Source of the DNA: Ascoidea asiatica JCM 7603
Lineage: Eukaryota > Fungi > Ascomycota
Reading direction: 5' to 3'
Assembly: GCA_001600695.1 (NCBI GenBank)
Contig: BCKQ01000003.1
Coordinates: 1,365,142 to 1,429,141 of the forward strand
DNA length: 64,000 nucleotides
The first letter of the stretch is position 1. Every line of letters starts with the position of its first letter. Below, piece after piece: positions 47,001 through 58,202 of this stretch. The position numbers and the translations under genes were made by a program. The notes under the pieces are model-generated. The model did not search any database and was not told the DNA's origin. It saw nothing but the letters and a program-made list of their open reading frames with translations.

Positions 47001-47611
47001 AAATTTTAAGAGATGATTTTAATGATTTATTTTCCTTTTATAATGAAGTTAAAGAAACATTACTAAAGGGGGTTTCTGTAAGTATGAAAGAAGAATCATC
47101 AGAAGATCTTCAAAATGCGCAGGCTTCTTTTGGTTTTATGGATCCAAGTAAAACTAATTTCTTATCTCCTCAACAGTTGCAAAAACAAAGAATTTCGCAA
47201 AATAATCAAAAGGACAGGATAAGAAATTCTGTTCATAACAGTATGAGTGCTGGAAGTTTGCGAATGCAAGGTGCTAGAAATAGCCAACCTCCTATGAATA
47301 CGATGAATCCCGCAATGGTTAATAGAATAGTACAAGAACGAATTAATCAAAATTCAAATGGGCCTACTAACGTCGGTAATCATCCTAATATTTCTCGAAA
47401 CAGAGGTATGGGCAATCAAGCAAATCTACAACAGCTAAATCAACAAGCGTACCAGCGAGCTAGAAGACCTGATCAACAACAAAAGATACTTCAGATTTAT
47501 ATGCAACAACAACAGCAACAGCAATATTCTCAAAGGCCTGCAAATCGCCAAAATCAGCCAAATCAGTCAAGTCAAATACCTTATCAAAACCAGATTCAAC
47601 AAACTCAATAG
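44087..47611 (+). CDS. TCO89: TORC1 subunit Tco89-like protein
   Basis: Low-complexity protein with RTQKKLNLMR and LDYSKLRAFENPMLNSL, matching the Tco89 RTQQKLWLQR...EY..RRF.NP...SL blocks; RSxS repeats near the N-terminus. Confidence 0.65.
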   Translation: MSVSRGRSSSNLVSTNNINSNNNAINNNSNSESLVFSKKKVSHPNKKPLQFSTKRSRSKSKPKFPPHSRSVSYGKNLNNINNNLLSLAPLSKIKSYDQTIISNSNSDSNLNSNQNIHKISSVTDCLYRTRSKSKPKVQFPYNFTNNPVNNNSTIKLFPQKKKISNSNKNIYHLRNQQLSRTISNSNNNYTSNKVIYSSSNNINKNNNINYNNNPIANNNSINSIISNTNVRNKNKISTNKSTFEIGSDNDSDSDSENNNFEDYSSESSSDSNSNSNSTVNSVIKESNPLSLTKNNKTTIQNNMKDILKSNKIINEINTQTNDKDKDKVKDKDKDRDNDHELESYQSVDDSLLSAKSNLNSISHLNSNVNIKTNNSNVIPTADIKKLITQNIPRSIPINDSINNLNQTFLSARDTIISIPNSFSTLNNNDTNKKDNNTNINNNNNNYNNNNHNYHNNKNNNNDNDNNNDNNDKIDNNTSNHTTTDNSISHKCDRNSKLEVIISNDQNDSMIEGRESSKSDDSNNFSNSNVSNDSNNLNISPKTPKISPKKVYTSKIPNKNIDFKSNQTKEISDRINEKINQRILSPTSPTVSISDKPSFSPTFKASLLLSQSMGIETKVHSPTLISKSKLDLNLHSNKEQGFQIPIPLPAKNLTDLSKVNVEKTDLKKSPKSIPSSTSSSVNKKSIESNNSLSGNKTLASMKFNNFFKEFYQPKSKIKAAPPSTIVFPTINTTTVGRISNHSTTIRKSKQELRTQKKLNLMRKAAIPDSQSSLALNNFSLNFPMHSLNDNLMNSSIYGFSGNSKSNSRSKPRLNYSIIDLSLNERAFLDYSKLRAFENPMLNSLRCLEMFEKTHQDFDFSADLHGDGDKRHNFVKNIPKDDEACNNSVNTSAAKSEEPSPVMVDVHSQNTVEKKDFMQGLIDLKNTYRVNPRHGFFYDSSKDRPHSLHRTTSQITFFGTKREKQIQDPDLVDEILRDDFNDLFSFYNEVKETLLKGVSVSMKEESSEDLQNAQASFGFMDPSKTNFLSPQQLQKQRISQNNQKDRIRNSVHNSMSAGSLRMQGARNSQPPMNTMNPAMVNRIVQERINQNSNGPTNVGNHPNISRNRGMGNQANLQQLNQQAYQRARRPDQQQKILQIYMQQQQQQQYSQRPANRQNQPNQSSQIPYQNQIQQTQ

Positions 47612-47647
47612 ACTCAATAGACTCAATAGACTCAAAAGACTCAGTAG
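47602..47647 (+). repeat. (ACTCAATAG)x~5 9-bp tandem repeat overlapping the TCO89 stop
   Basis: Directly visible; the first unit supplies the TAG stop. Confidence 0.8.
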
Positions 47648-47863
47648 AATCGAGAATACATAACATTTATATTATATAATTTCATAGATTTAATAAAGTT
47701 ATTTTTAAGGGAAACTGAAACAACACAATATAAGATTAAAATACAAAAGATAAATATATATGTATAGTGTATATATATTATAAGAATATAATATTTTTAA
47801 AAAAAATTCTAGTAGAAAAATAAAGAAATTGAAACAAATTTATAGAAAATAATACTATGAAAC

Positions 47864-50497
47864 CTACCCTGAACACATCTCACAAGCCTCTGGGTTTTCT
47901 ATTGAACAAGCAATAACTTTAGAGTTATATATGTCAATTTCATCTGGAGTCTCTGCTGTTGCAACAGTTTGTTCAGTTATATTACTCATTATATCAGAAG
48001 GTGAAATATCTGTTTCCAATTTTGTTTCTAAAGAATGATTTGATATATCAGACGAATTATCATGTAGTTCTTCAGTTATAGAGTGAGGTTTAACTGTTGA
48101 AGATTCTATCAGTTCTTCTAAAGTTGGAGTTTGGTGATCGCCTTTTGGAACAAATTTTTCAACATATTTTTTCAAATTCAATTTCTCAAGATCACCTGTC
48201 ATCCCCGAAGCTGTAGCAGCTTCCTTCTCATCGATAGTAAACTGAATAGCTGCTGAGGCTGCTTGAGTTCTTAAATAGTACATACCAGTTTTCAAACCTT
48301 TTTTCCAACCATAGAAATGCATACTAGTCAACTTTCCCATTGTTGGAGCTCTTAAATGAATATTTAATGATTGAGATTGATCGATGAAAGCACCCCTATC
48401 GGCTGACATATCAACAATAGTTTTTTGAGAGAGTTCCCAGACTGTCTTGTATAAATCTTTAATTTTCTTTGGAATGTTTGGCAAGTGTTGAATTGAACCG
48501 TTATTTGAAATAATTGACTCCTTCATTGCATTAGACCATAGACCCATTGCCACTAAATCCTTTAACAAATATGGATTAACTATTTGAAACTCACCTGCCA
48601 AAACACGACGCGAATAAATATTAGAGGTATAAGGTTCAAAGCATTCGTTATAACCAAGAATTTGAGAAGTTGAAGCAGTTGGCATAGGAGCGACTAATAA
48701 AGAATTTCTTAAACCATGTTTTCTAACTTTTGCTTTTAATTCTTCGTAGTCCCATAATTGAGAAGGTTTTCTTTCCCAAAGGTCAGGCTGTAAAATACCT
48801 TTAGATGCAGGAGATCCTGAATAGGTTTCATATGTTCCCAATTCAGAAGCAAGTTCAGTAGAAGCTTCAACTGCAGCGTGATAAATTGTTTCGAAAATTT
48901 GAATATTCAAAATTTTAGCTTCTGAAGAATCAAAAGGTAATCTTAACATCATAAATGTATCTGCTAAACCTTGAACACCTAAAGCAATTGGCCTATTTTT
49001 CATATTAGATCTTTTTGCTTCTGGAACTGGATAAAAGTTACGATCAATAACGCGATCAAGATTTCTTGTTAAAACTTTGGCTATTTCATGCAATTTATCA
49101 AAATCATACCAACAACTATGATCATCTTGTTGAACAAATGCTGGAAGGGCAAGAGAAGCTAAATTACAAACAGCAGTTTCTTGGGCATCTGAATACTCAA
49201 CTATTTCACAGCAAAGATTAGAAGATTTGATCACACCAAGATTCTTTTGATTACTTTTTTTATTGCAAGCATCTTTATAAACCATGAAAGGAGTACCGGA
49301 TTCAGTTTGAGCTTCTAAAATTGCAGACCATAACTTTTGAGCTTTAACAACTTTTATAGCTTTCCCATTTTTTTCATAGGATTCAAATAGTTTTTCAAAT
49401 TCATCTCCATAACAATCACTTAAACCAGGAACTTCATTTGGAGAAAATAATGGCCAATCAAGGTTTTTTTCAACTCTTTTCATAAATAAATCCGGGATCC
49501 AAAGAGCAGGAAATAAATCTCTTGCTCTAATCTCTTCTTTACCATGATTTTTTCTAATATCAATAAAATCAAAAATGTCAGCATGCCATGGTTCAAGATA
49601 GATTGCAAAGGCACCAGGACGTTTATTACCACCTTGATCAACATATCTTGCAGTCATATTGAATACTCTTAACATTGGGATAATACCATTGGAAGTACCA
49701 TTAGTACCTGCAATATATGAACCGGTTGCTCTGATATTATGAATATGTAAACCTATACCACCAGCATGTTTTGAAATAACGGCCATTTCAGACAAAGTAT
49801 CGAATATACCATTTATTGAATCATCCTTCATTGCAACAAGAAAACAAGAAGACATTTGCGGCTTTGGAGTTCCAGCATTGAATAATGTTGGAGAAGCATG
49901 AGTGAAATATTTTAGAGACATTAAATTATAAGTTTCAAGAACACGCTCGATATTATCACCATGAATACCAACCGCAACTCTCATAATCAAATGTTGAGGT
50001 CTTTCGGCCACTTTACCATTAATTCTTAATAAATAAGATCTTTCAAGAGTTTTAAAGCCAAAAAAATTATAGTTGAAATCACGATCATAAACGATTGCAG
50101 AGTTAAGCTCTTCAGAATGTTTCATTACACTTTTATAAGTATCATCAGATATCATCGGAGCATGTTGGTCTGTTTTTGGGTTAACATAATTATAAAGATC
50201 TGAAATAACAGCCGAAAATTGTTTCTTTGTTTGCTTATGTAAGTTAGAAATAGCTATTCTGGCAGCCAAAATAGCATAATCAGGATGAACAGTAGTCATA
50301 TAAGCAGCAGTTTCAGCAGCAAGATTATCCAATTCAGCAGTAGTGACACCATGATAAACACCGGATATAACTCTTTGAGTAATTTTAACAGCATCGACAT
50401 GATTCGAATCTAAGCCATAACAAAGTCGTGAAACTCTAGCAGTTATTTTATCGAAACGAACTTGTTCTTTTCGTCCATCTCTTTTATAAACAAACAT
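47864..50497 (-). CDS. RNR1: Ribonucleotide reductase large subunit (class Ia)
   Basis: True start MFVYKRDG (ATG at 50497), ATP cone, [23 protein letters not shown]-terminal CEMCSG. Confidence 0.98.
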   Translation of the reverse strand: MFVYKRDGRKEQVRFDKITARVSRLCYGLDSNHVDAVKITQRVISGVYHGVTTAELDNLAAETAAYMTTVHPDYAILAARIAISNLHKQTKKQFSAVISDLYNYVNPKTDQHAPMISDDTYKSVMKHSEELNSAIVYDRDFNYNFFGFKTLERSYLLRINGKVAERPQHLIMRVAVGIHGDNIERVLETYNLMSLKYFTHASPTLFNAGTPKPQMSSCFLVAMKDDSINGIFDTLSEMAVISKHAGGIGLHIHNIRATGSYIAGTNGTSNGIIPMLRVFNMTARYVDQGGNKRPGAFAIYLEPWHADIFDFIDIRKNHGKEEIRARDLFPALWIPDLFMKRVEKNLDWPLFSPNEVPGLSDCYGDEFEKLFESYEKNGKAIKVVKAQKLWSAILEAQTESGTPFMVYKDACNKKSNQKNLGVIKSSNLCCEIVEYSDAQETAVCNLASLALPAFVQQDDHSCWYDFDKLHEIAKVLTRNLDRVIDRNFYPVPEAKRSNMKNRPIALGVQGLADTFMMLRLPFDSSEAKILNIQIFETIYHAAVEASTELASELGTYETYSGSPASKGILQPDLWERKPSQLWDYEELKAKVRKHGLRNSLLVAPMPTASTSQILGYNECFEPYTSNIYSRRVLAGEFQIVNPYLLKDLVAMGLWSNAMKESIISNNGSIQHLPNIPKKIKDLYKTVWELSQKTIVDMSADRGAFIDQSQSLNIHLRAPTMGKLTSMHFYGWKKGLKTGMYYLRTQAASAAIQFTIDEKEAATASGMTGDLEKLNLKKYVEKFVPKGDHQTPTLEELIESSTVKPHSITEELHDNSSDISNHSLETKLETDISPSDIMSNITEQTVATAETPDEIDIYNSKVIACSIENPEACEMCSG

Positions 50498-50750
50498 TTC
50501 AGATATTAATGATAACTTTTTTAGGTAAGGCAAAAAAGAAAAGAAAAGTTTGAAGGAAGTAAAAAGAAAAATTGAAAATAATTAGAACTAATAATATGAT
50601 AATTATATAGTAAATATTTAACAATTAAGTGTATCAATTAAAAGTAATGAATGTCAAAATAAATCGAAAGAGGATGGTATAATCATGAAGGAATATATTC
50701 GGTTGGGAAATATATTCTTTTATATGTATAAATTAGTTGATCAACAACAG

Positions 50751-50938
50751 ACGCGTAAACCAAAACAAATAAATAACAAAAACAGAAATCATTGCAAATC
50801 TGAGATTTTTCAAAAGTTGAAAAAAGAAAATTGCGGTGAAAATAAAATAAATTACTGTCACGTGTAGGAACGAACACCAATTAAAAGAACGCGTAAAAAA
50901 AATGCTATTACCATTATTATTATTTTTTCTTAACGCGT
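50751..50938. promoter_or_regulatory. Three MCB elements (ACGCGT) plus GTCACGTG in the RNR1 promoter
   Basis: ACGCGT at 50751, 50889 and 50933; CACGTG at 50859-50864. MBF control of RNR1 is established in yeasts. Confidence 0.85.
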
Positions 50939-51363
50939 GTCTCAGAATAATGTTTTTCTTTTGGAGTAAAAAAAAATTCTCTGAAGCTATGTTTGGGGTC
51001 TAATAACTTAAGTTATTTACGAAAACGTCATTAGTAAAGCAGAGTTTTATTAAAGGTGTGTCTGATATGACGACAACTAACGATTAATTGGTTTTATTGC
51101 AAAGATACATCTGATTTCTTTTTGGTTAGCTTTGAAACATTTTGAAGCATTTTGAGTGTTGCAAGAATAATTAAACAATTATAAAAATTATGCAAGAGTG
51201 TAATGTTATATTCGTAATTCTCAACTATAATTAACTTAAAATTATCTAAGAAAAAATATTATGCCCAATTTTTCTGCTCGTAACATTCGATATTTTGCTG
51301 CGATTGGTTGAAAGTTTATATGTTTTTTAAGTTAAATTTTTCTTTCTCTTGAATCAAGATTTA

Positions 51364-52096
51364 TTAAGATAAATTATCTGTAATTTTATAACTGACAAGA
51401 GTTTGAACTTTATGATTATTTGTACTGAAACTTCTGAGCTTCACTGTTTCTGCGTTAAGAATATCTTTTGAATCGGAGTCTATCCATTCACTAGGAACAT
51501 TTTGAGTATTGGAATTTGCATAAACGAGAACATTGAATGTATGAGGCCCTTCTAAGACTGGTAAAAATGTGATTGAAGCTGTGATTTGTCTTATTATTGC
51601 TTGAATTTCCTTTTGAATTTGTTCTTTGGATTTTTCCTGGGGAAAAATATCGGGGTTTACCACCTTTTCTTCTTGCTCAGATAACTTATTTTCAAATATT
51701 TCAATATCAAATTCCCATCGTTCCACTATCTCATCATCATCTTTATTTACAATTGCAACCACTAATTTTGTTATCTTTCCCCCGTATATCCATCCTTATT
51801 AGTTCATTCATCCACTGTTAGTATTATTAGAATTATTTTCTTGAAATTTTGATAGTGTTTTTTTACATACTATGTAGTTGATGCATTATTTTTTTAATAT
51901 ATGACTTTACATCTTCGTCAATTGTTACAAGCATATTCAATCCATATTTCTTGATAAGGGTAAAATCTTCTGGTGGGTATAATCCTCTTTGGTATAAAAT
52001 TGAATTGATGCCATACTCAAAAAAATCCGAAACTATCTTCGATGATCCTTTTAAAGCCAATTTTGATCTTGTAGGTGCTGACTTTGTTTGGCTCAT
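51364..52096 (-). CDS. MAD2: Spindle checkpoint HORMA protein Mad2, two exons (52096-51871, 51794-51364), 218 aa
   Basis: [27 protein letters not shown]; donor GTATGT at 51870, TACTAAC at 51823-51817, AAG acceptor at 51795. The join gives [25 protein letters not shown]; [11 protein letters not shown]. Confidence 0.95.
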
Positions 52097-52471
52097 AATG
52101 ATTGTTGAATATTTTAAGTTTCCTTCACGAGTTGAAGAAATTGATATTTGAATTTATAAAAGGCTAAAGATAGTGACCTACTTAAAAATATGACTAGAGC
52201 CTCATATTTTTAAATGTCTTTTTGATTTATTCGCTATTCACCTATTCACCAGTACCGTTTCAAAAGAAAGAAAGTAGAGAATCAAAAGTAAACAAAAAAA
52301 ACATAGATTGTTTAATTCAGCCTTATAAACACGTGATCATAAATATTTTTGTTCAGAAATTTTTTCAATAAAAATAATTTGAGAAGTTTGAACTTAAAAA
52401 AAATAGCTAAGGAAAACAAAAGAAAGCTTTCAGAAGGAAAATGCAAAACCAGAAGGTGATTTGAATTCGCA

Positions 52472-54895
52472 ATGGTGAAAAGCGTAAATTTAAACACCCC
52501 AACAAAAGGAAAGAAAGTGTCTAATAAAGATCCTGAAACCCCTTCTAAAAAATCTATCTCTTCGAAATCAATTAAAGCTCCTAAAAGTTTCATTATCAGA
52601 CCCTTTTTTTCAACAATTCCCAAAAATGCTGTGAAAATACTTTTAAGTCCGGCTTCACTTACAGCTCTAGATTTAATATGTGGTGATTTGGTACATATTT
52701 CTAAAGAAAATGATCAGAATAATGGTTTAATTGCTGAAGCTCAAACAAATACAGATTTATCGGATACTAGAATAGCGAGAGTTTCTAAAACAATTTTGGA
52801 TATTTCCGGTTGGTTGTTGGGTGATCGACTAATTATAGAGAAACTTAATTACCAACCAGATTATGCAGTTTCTATGCTTATTGGTATAAGTGACTTACAA
52901 ATAGATGAAGAAAATATTGAAAATCAACTTCCTCTCAAAAAGTTCAGCAAAATATTTAATGAAATAGGATTAATAATACCAGGAATGAAGGTCTCAATAG
53001 CTGGATTTGAAGTAACTGTTTTTGACTGTATGAGTGAAATAAAAGATGATGACATACTTTTGCCTCAATTGAAAGGCTTATCAATCGATAATCTAGATCC
53101 AACTACAGAAACTTTATCTTCTGACGAAAAAATGCAATGCCTTTTAAATGAAAGAAGATTACTTTCCCCAGCTTTAATATTTTCCAAGAATAATACAAAC
53201 ATTGAATACTCCACAAACACTTTTGCAAAAGACTCATTGATTCCTTTTAGTAAATATAATTTATCAGAAACCGTTTCATATGATTCAATAGGAGGATTAT
53301 CTCATTCAATGAAAAAAATCCAATCAACAATTGAACTACCTTTATTCAAATCTAAAATATTTCAGGAATTCAATATAAAACCCCCTAGAGGAATTTTGTT
53401 ATATGGACCTCCAGGAACTGGGAAAACAATGATTTTGAAGGCCATAGCCAACTCTACTAAAAATACTCATATTTTATCCATCAATGGTCCATCAATAATA
53501 TCAAAATTTTTAGGAGGAACTGAAGAAAAGCTAACTAATATATTCAATGAGGCAAGGGAATTTCAACCTTCACTTATATTTATTGATGAGATTGATTCTT
53601 TGGTTCCATCCAGAGAGTCAGATGAGTCCTCGGAAATTGAAAATAGATTAGTTGCAACACTTTTAACTCTAATGGATGGGCTTGATGCTTCTCAGAATAA
53701 CAAAATAATGGTCATAGCTTCAACAAACAGGCCCAACTCAATAGATAATGCATTGAGAAGGCCAGGAAGATTCGATCAAGAAATTGAAATTGGAATACCT
53801 GATGTAAATTCAAGATTCGATATTTTGAGAAGAAACTTTAGAAAAATGAATCCTGAAAAACATAATATCACAGATGAAGATCTTTTCCAAATCGCTTCTA
53901 AGACTCACGGATATGTCGGTGCTGATCTAGTCGCTCTTGGAAGAGAATCTGTTATGAAAGCTATCGAGAGGATTTTAAAATTAGGCAAAGAAATTGACAA
54001 CTCCAATAATATTAAGGTGGAACTTAAAGATATTGAAAACTCTTTACTTGAAATAAGGCCTTCTGTTATGAGGGAAATATTTTTAGAATTGCCTAAAGTA
54101 TATTGGAAAGATATCGGTGGTCAAGAAGAGTTGAAAAGGAAATTAAAGGAAATGGTAGAATTACCTTTACAAGCCTCCGAAACGTTCAAAAAACTAGGTA
54201 TAAAAGCGCCAAGGGGAATATTGTTATATGGCCCACCAGGTTGTTCAAAAACTTTAACTGCAAAAGCTCTAGCCACGGAATCAGGATTGAATTTCTTTGC
54301 TATAAAAGGACCTGAAATATTCAACAAATATGTAGGGGAATCTGAACGAACAATTAGAGAAATTTTTAGAAAAGCTAGAAGTGCTTCTCCTAGTATCATA
54401 TTTTTTGATGAAATTGATGCTTTATCTCCAGATAGAAATAGTGAAGGATCCTCGACAAGTACTGCAAATCATGTTTTAACTACACTATTGAATGAGATTG
54501 ATGGTGTAGAGCAATTGAATGAAGTTATAATTGTTGCTGCTACTAATAGACCCGACTCAATTGATCCAGCATTGTTGAGACCAGGTAGACTAGATAGACA
54601 TATTTATGTTGGTCCTCCAGACTTTGACGCAAGACTTCAAATTTTAAAAAATGTAACGAAAAAGTTTGATATCAAAAATGAATTTTTAAAATTTTTAGCC
54701 GATAAAACGGAAGGATGCTCTGGAGCCGAAGTGGTATTATTGGGTCAAGAAGCCGGTATTTCAGCTATTATGGAGGATAGAAATTGTGAAAAAGTAGAAG
54801 AAAGACATTTCGAGAAAGCTTTAAAAACCTTACCTCGAGGAATAACAGAGGATTTATTAGAGTATTATAAACAGTTTGAAGTAGATAATAACTAA
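52472..54895 (+). CDS. AFG2: AAA-ATPase Afg2/Drg1 (60S maturation)
   Basis: Two AAA modules: GPPGTGKT and GPPGCSKTLTAKALATESGLNF (Afg2-diagnostic), and RPGRLDRHIYVGPPD. Confidence 0.93.
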   Translation: MVKSVNLNTPTKGKKVSNKDPETPSKKSISSKSIKAPKSFIIRPFFSTIPKNAVKILLSPASLTALDLICGDLVHISKENDQNNGLIAEAQTNTDLSDTRIARVSKTILDISGWLLGDRLIIEKLNYQPDYAVSMLIGISDLQIDEENIENQLPLKKFSKIFNEIGLIIPGMKVSIAGFEVTVFDCMSEIKDDDILLPQLKGLSIDNLDPTTETLSSDEKMQCLLNERRLLSPALIFSKNNTNIEYSTNTFAKDSLIPFSKYNLSETVSYDSIGGLSHSMKKIQSTIELPLFKSKIFQEFNIKPPRGILLYGPPGTGKTMILKAIANSTKNTHILSINGPSIISKFLGGTEEKLTNIFNEAREFQPSLIFIDEIDSLVPSRESDESSEIENRLVATLLTLMDGLDASQNNKIMVIASTNRPNSIDNALRRPGRFDQEIEIGIPDVNSRFDILRRNFRKMNPEKHNITDEDLFQIASKTHGYVGADLVALGRESVMKAIERILKLGKEIDNSNNIKVELKDIENSLLEIRPSVMREIFLELPKVYWKDIGGQEELKRKLKEMVELPLQASETFKKLGIKAPRGILLYGPPGCSKTLTAKALATESGLNFFAIKGPEIFNKYVGESERTIREIFRKARSASPSIIFFDEIDALSPDRNSEGSSTSTANHVLTTLLNEIDGVEQLNEVIIVAATNRPDSIDPALLRPGRLDRHIYVGPPDFDARLQILKNVTKKFDIKNEFLKFLADKTEGCSGAEVVLLGQEAGISAIMEDRNCEKVEERHFEKALKTLPRGITEDLLEYYKQFEVDNN

Positions 54896-54945
54896 TATAT
54901 ACAAATTAATGCAAAATAAATTCATATTTCTTGCAACTGGCATAA

Positions 54946-57795
54946 TTATGCCCTCCAATACTGAGTTAAGCTGTGTAATCTATCAATAACCATAGGTAAG
55001 AATGCATTTACACTATCATTAATCAAATTTTGAAAATGCAAAATCGCTTCTTCATCATTTAATTCAAGACAAAATTTTTCTTTTACTTTTAAAATTGCTC
55101 TAGTTTTATCAACTTTTATATCAGGTATATTTGCTTCGATCATCAATTCTAATAAATTTAAGATTAAATTACTATTTTTTCGCAATATCAAAAAACTAGT
55201 AAAACAACAAGTTTTAAAAATTTGATAATTTTTATGATTTAGCCCTCCCATACCATCGATTAATTGAGGAGGCAATTTCATTAATGGAGGGAATGGCTTT
55301 GGATCTTTTCCTAATATATAGCCAAAATCAGCATGAAAAAAGTGACCATCCGGGCATATTAATAAATTATCCAAATGTCTATCACCGACACCTAAGATAT
55401 AGGTGATTACGCAATAACCAGCACAGCTTTTTATATATGTATCCATTACACCGGCCTTTACTTTCAATTCTTCTCTTTCATGATAATTATGTTGTTGTAA
55501 GAAATTCAAAATGGTTTGATATTTAGTAAGTACAGTATCTAAAGTTAAGTTAGGTACAAATTCTATAAAACCATCATTTGTACTTGTAGATAAAATTTTA
55601 TAAGGCTTTAATTTTAAATCTAGATTTTCATTTTTTAGTAAATTATCCATTAACTTAATAATTTGGATAACCAATTGATCTTGCCTTAAATCATCACCCA
55701 TTTTAAACATCATTGAATAATTTTTTTTTGGTATATTGGTTTCAAAAGTGAGTTTTAAGGGAGATAATGAAGATTTAAAAACCGTTGAATCTTCTGGGAT
55801 TATCTTAACTAAATGAATATCAGGGTCTAAAGGTAAAGAAATATAATTTTCAGGAGTATTTTTTGAATTAAATAAAAAATAGTTTAGATCATTTTTGACT
55901 AGTATTTCTCGTAGGTATTCAACTTTTTTAGGAGTTGAGTCTTTTAGTTTAATCTTTGAATAAATACTTCTAATAATTTGAATAAATTTTTCTTGACTTT
56001 TAATTTCTTTAAAATTTGTTAAAGCTAAATTATTATTTATAACTAAATTTTGTTGCTGCTCTTGTTGGTTAGAAACTTCGAAGTTTTTTAAACGCTTTAA
56101 AAATTCGTTCAAAATATTTTTGTAAATATTTTGAATATTGAAAGCATTTTGATTATCTTCAGTTTCAACTTTAATATACCAATAAAAGAAATTACCTAAT
56201 CTTTTGTTATTAATAGATTTATCAATTAATAGTTCAGCTAAGGGAGATAATATAAATGAATTTATATTATTTAAATTATTGGAGGTATTCGAATTTTTGG
56301 AATTATTCAAATCAATAAGATAAGTTTGATCAATTGTATTGTCATAAGAGCTTGAAGTTGATAAATTTGTATTTCTACTATCAGATAAAGCAATCACTGA
56401 AAACTCACTGCTACTTTGAATTTCCAAATTGTTCATATTATTAGTAGGAGTTGTAGAAATATTATCAAATTTTAAAGCTTGAACAATTTGTAGAAGATAT
56501 AATTCAAGATCAATATCTGAAGCAATTTTTAATCTTTTTACAGCAAAATCTCTGATCAAATTATTTTTGGAATAATAAGGACCCAATAATTCAAGATTAT
56601 CTTCTAGATTAATTTGTACCCATTTATTAATTAATATTAAAACCTGATTTAATTCATTTTTATTTGAAAAGTTTACCGATTTTAAAAATTTATTCAAAGC
56701 AAACTTATTCTTTACTAAATAATATCGAAATTTATAAATTAGATTTTTTTCAACCGAGTTCAAAATTTGCAACGAAGAATAGCTGATAATTTTATTTAAA
56801 TTATCTCTAATTTTTTTTGATGGTTTTAGATCTTTATCAAAAGTATTATTATTATAAGATCTTGATAAGGAATGAAATTTAGATTCAATTAAATTTTTAT
56901 TAAATTGATCAGGATCAAAAATTTTAGAATTTGAAAAATTCAAATTATTATTGAAATTATTTAAATTAATATTTAAGTTAGCATTGTTGCTATTATTAGT
57001 TATATTATCATTAAGTGCAATATTGATATCATTTGATAAAGTGAAATTATAACTTTTATCAAAAGAATAATTAAAAGTAGAATAAATTACAGGATTATCA
57101 AATTTAATTAACTCTAAGGATAAGAAAAATAAATTTTTAAAATTTTGAATCAAATTTTTATTTAAGACCTCAATTTTTTTAAAAGTTAATTTATTTAACC
57201 ATTCAATATTAATTAGCTCATCATTTTCAAAATACTTCAACTTATTTTGTAAATTTATTAGTTCTTTATTCGATTCTTTATCTGGATGAGTAATTAATGG
57301 AGCAATCAATGGGATATCAGACTGATTATTTATTAAGTTAATTTTTAATTTTTGTTTACCAGATTTTAAAGTATTATTATTCGAATTAAAAAGATTTAGG
57401 GTAGCATAAGCAAATAATGATTCTTTATTATTAGAGTATTCGTAGATATTTATAATTAATAAAGTATCTAAAGGTAATTGATTATAATTAATGGGGAAAT
57501 ATAACCATTGATTCCAAACTCTTAAATTTGTATTATTGTTACTTGAATTAGAAGAATTATTAGTATATGAGGTTATGATTGGTATGGAAATGGGATTATT
57601 ATTGCTAAATAATTGAATCTTTATAAATAAATCTGAATTTTCATAAATATTTGACAAAATTTTAAAAGAATTTGGATTCAGCAAACTTTTGGAGAAATTT
57701 AGTAATGATTTTTGACCTTGTAAAGAAATAATCTTAATTCTAAATGGAATTTCTAATTTTTTTGAAACATAAAAATTGGTTGTTAAAGTATCCAT
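54946..57795 (-). CDS. VPS34: Phosphatidylinositol 3-kinase class III
   Basis: C2, helical and kinase domains; FKMGDDLRQDQL, SCAGYCVITYILGVGDRHLDN, HADFGYILGKDPKPFPP, C-terminal QYWRA. Confidence 0.97.
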   Translation of the reverse strand: MDTLTTNFYVSKKLEIPFRIKIISLQGQKSLLNFSKSLLNPNSFKILSNIYENSDLFIKIQLFSNNNPISIPIITSYTNNSSNSSNNNTNLRVWNQWLYFPINYNQLPLDTLLIINIYEYSNNKESLFAYATLNLFNSNNNTLKSGKQKLKINLINNQSDIPLIAPLITHPDKESNKELINLQNKLKYFENDELINIEWLNKLTFKKIEVLNKNLIQNFKNLFFLSLELIKFDNPVIYSTFNYSFDKSYNFTLSNDINIALNDNITNNSNNANLNINLNNFNNNLNFSNSKIFDPDQFNKNLIESKFHSLSRSYNNNTFDKDLKPSKKIRDNLNKIISYSSLQILNSVEKNLIYKFRYYLVKNKFALNKFLKSVNFSNKNELNQVLILINKWVQINLEDNLELLGPYYSKNNLIRDFAVKRLKIASDIDLELYLLQIVQALKFDNISTTPTNNMNNLEIQSSSEFSVIALSDSRNTNLSTSSSYDNTIDQTYLIDLNNSKNSNTSNNLNNINSFILSPLAELLIDKSINNKRLGNFFYWYIKVETEDNQNAFNIQNIYKNILNEFLKRLKNFEVSNQQEQQQNLVINNNLALTNFKEIKSQEKFIQIIRSIYSKIKLKDSTPKKVEYLREILVKNDLNYFLFNSKNTPENYISLPLDPDIHLVKIIPEDSTVFKSSLSPLKLTFETNIPKKNYSMMFKMGDDLRQDQLVIQIIKLMDNLLKNENLDLKLKPYKILSTSTNDGFIEFVPNLTLDTVLTKYQTILNFLQQHNYHEREELKVKAGVMDTYIKSCAGYCVITYILGVGDRHLDNLLICPDGHFFHADFGYILGKDPKPFPPLMKLPPQLIDGMGGLNHKNYQIFKTCCFTSFLILRKNSNLILNLLELMIEANIPDIKVDKTRAILKVKEKFCLELNDEEAILHFQNLINDSVNAFLPMVIDRLHSLTQYWRA

Positions 57796-58202
57796 TGATT
57801 TTTATGCTAATATTTGAAAATATTGAACAATTGATGGTAAAATTATTGCTTTATTTTAAATATAAAACTATTATCAAAATTTATATTTATTTTATTTCAA
57901 TAGTTTCTAAACCAATATAATCTTGGAACATTATCAGCATTTTACTCAGAGTTAGGTCAATTGAACCTACTATCAAATCTTATTATAAAAATCGCATAGC
58001 GTTCCGTGAATTGTCTGGCGTTCAATTCAATTAGCTTAAACAAGCCAATGTGTGGCGAAAGCAATTAAGTATGACATGTAACCTACTAGAGCAATTTTGC
58101 ACAACCTTTTTTTTTGATAAGTGGAGCTATAAGTGAAAGTCACGTGAACTCCAATTATAAGAGGAAGACACTTAGAGCTCCAGTTACGAGATAAGTGGAG
58201 CT

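Noticed and set aside
50498-50533. N-terminal extensions from non-ATG starts in the ORF track (RNR1; also 13001, 18822, 26384, 28323, 40966)
   Set aside because: Eukaryotic genes; a nearby in-frame ATG or an upstream exon gives the expected start.
4389-54399. Short antisense or overlapping ORFs (e.g. 4389, 15253, 19862, 24804, 30336, 38542, 41664, 45359, 52312, 54121)
   Set aside because: Shadows of real genes or of AAT microsatellites (poly-I/L); no motifs.
58139-58146. GTCACGTG as point-centromere CDEI
   Set aside because: No >90% AT CDEII or CCG-containing CDEIII at the proper distance; CACGTG is common in promoters in this window.
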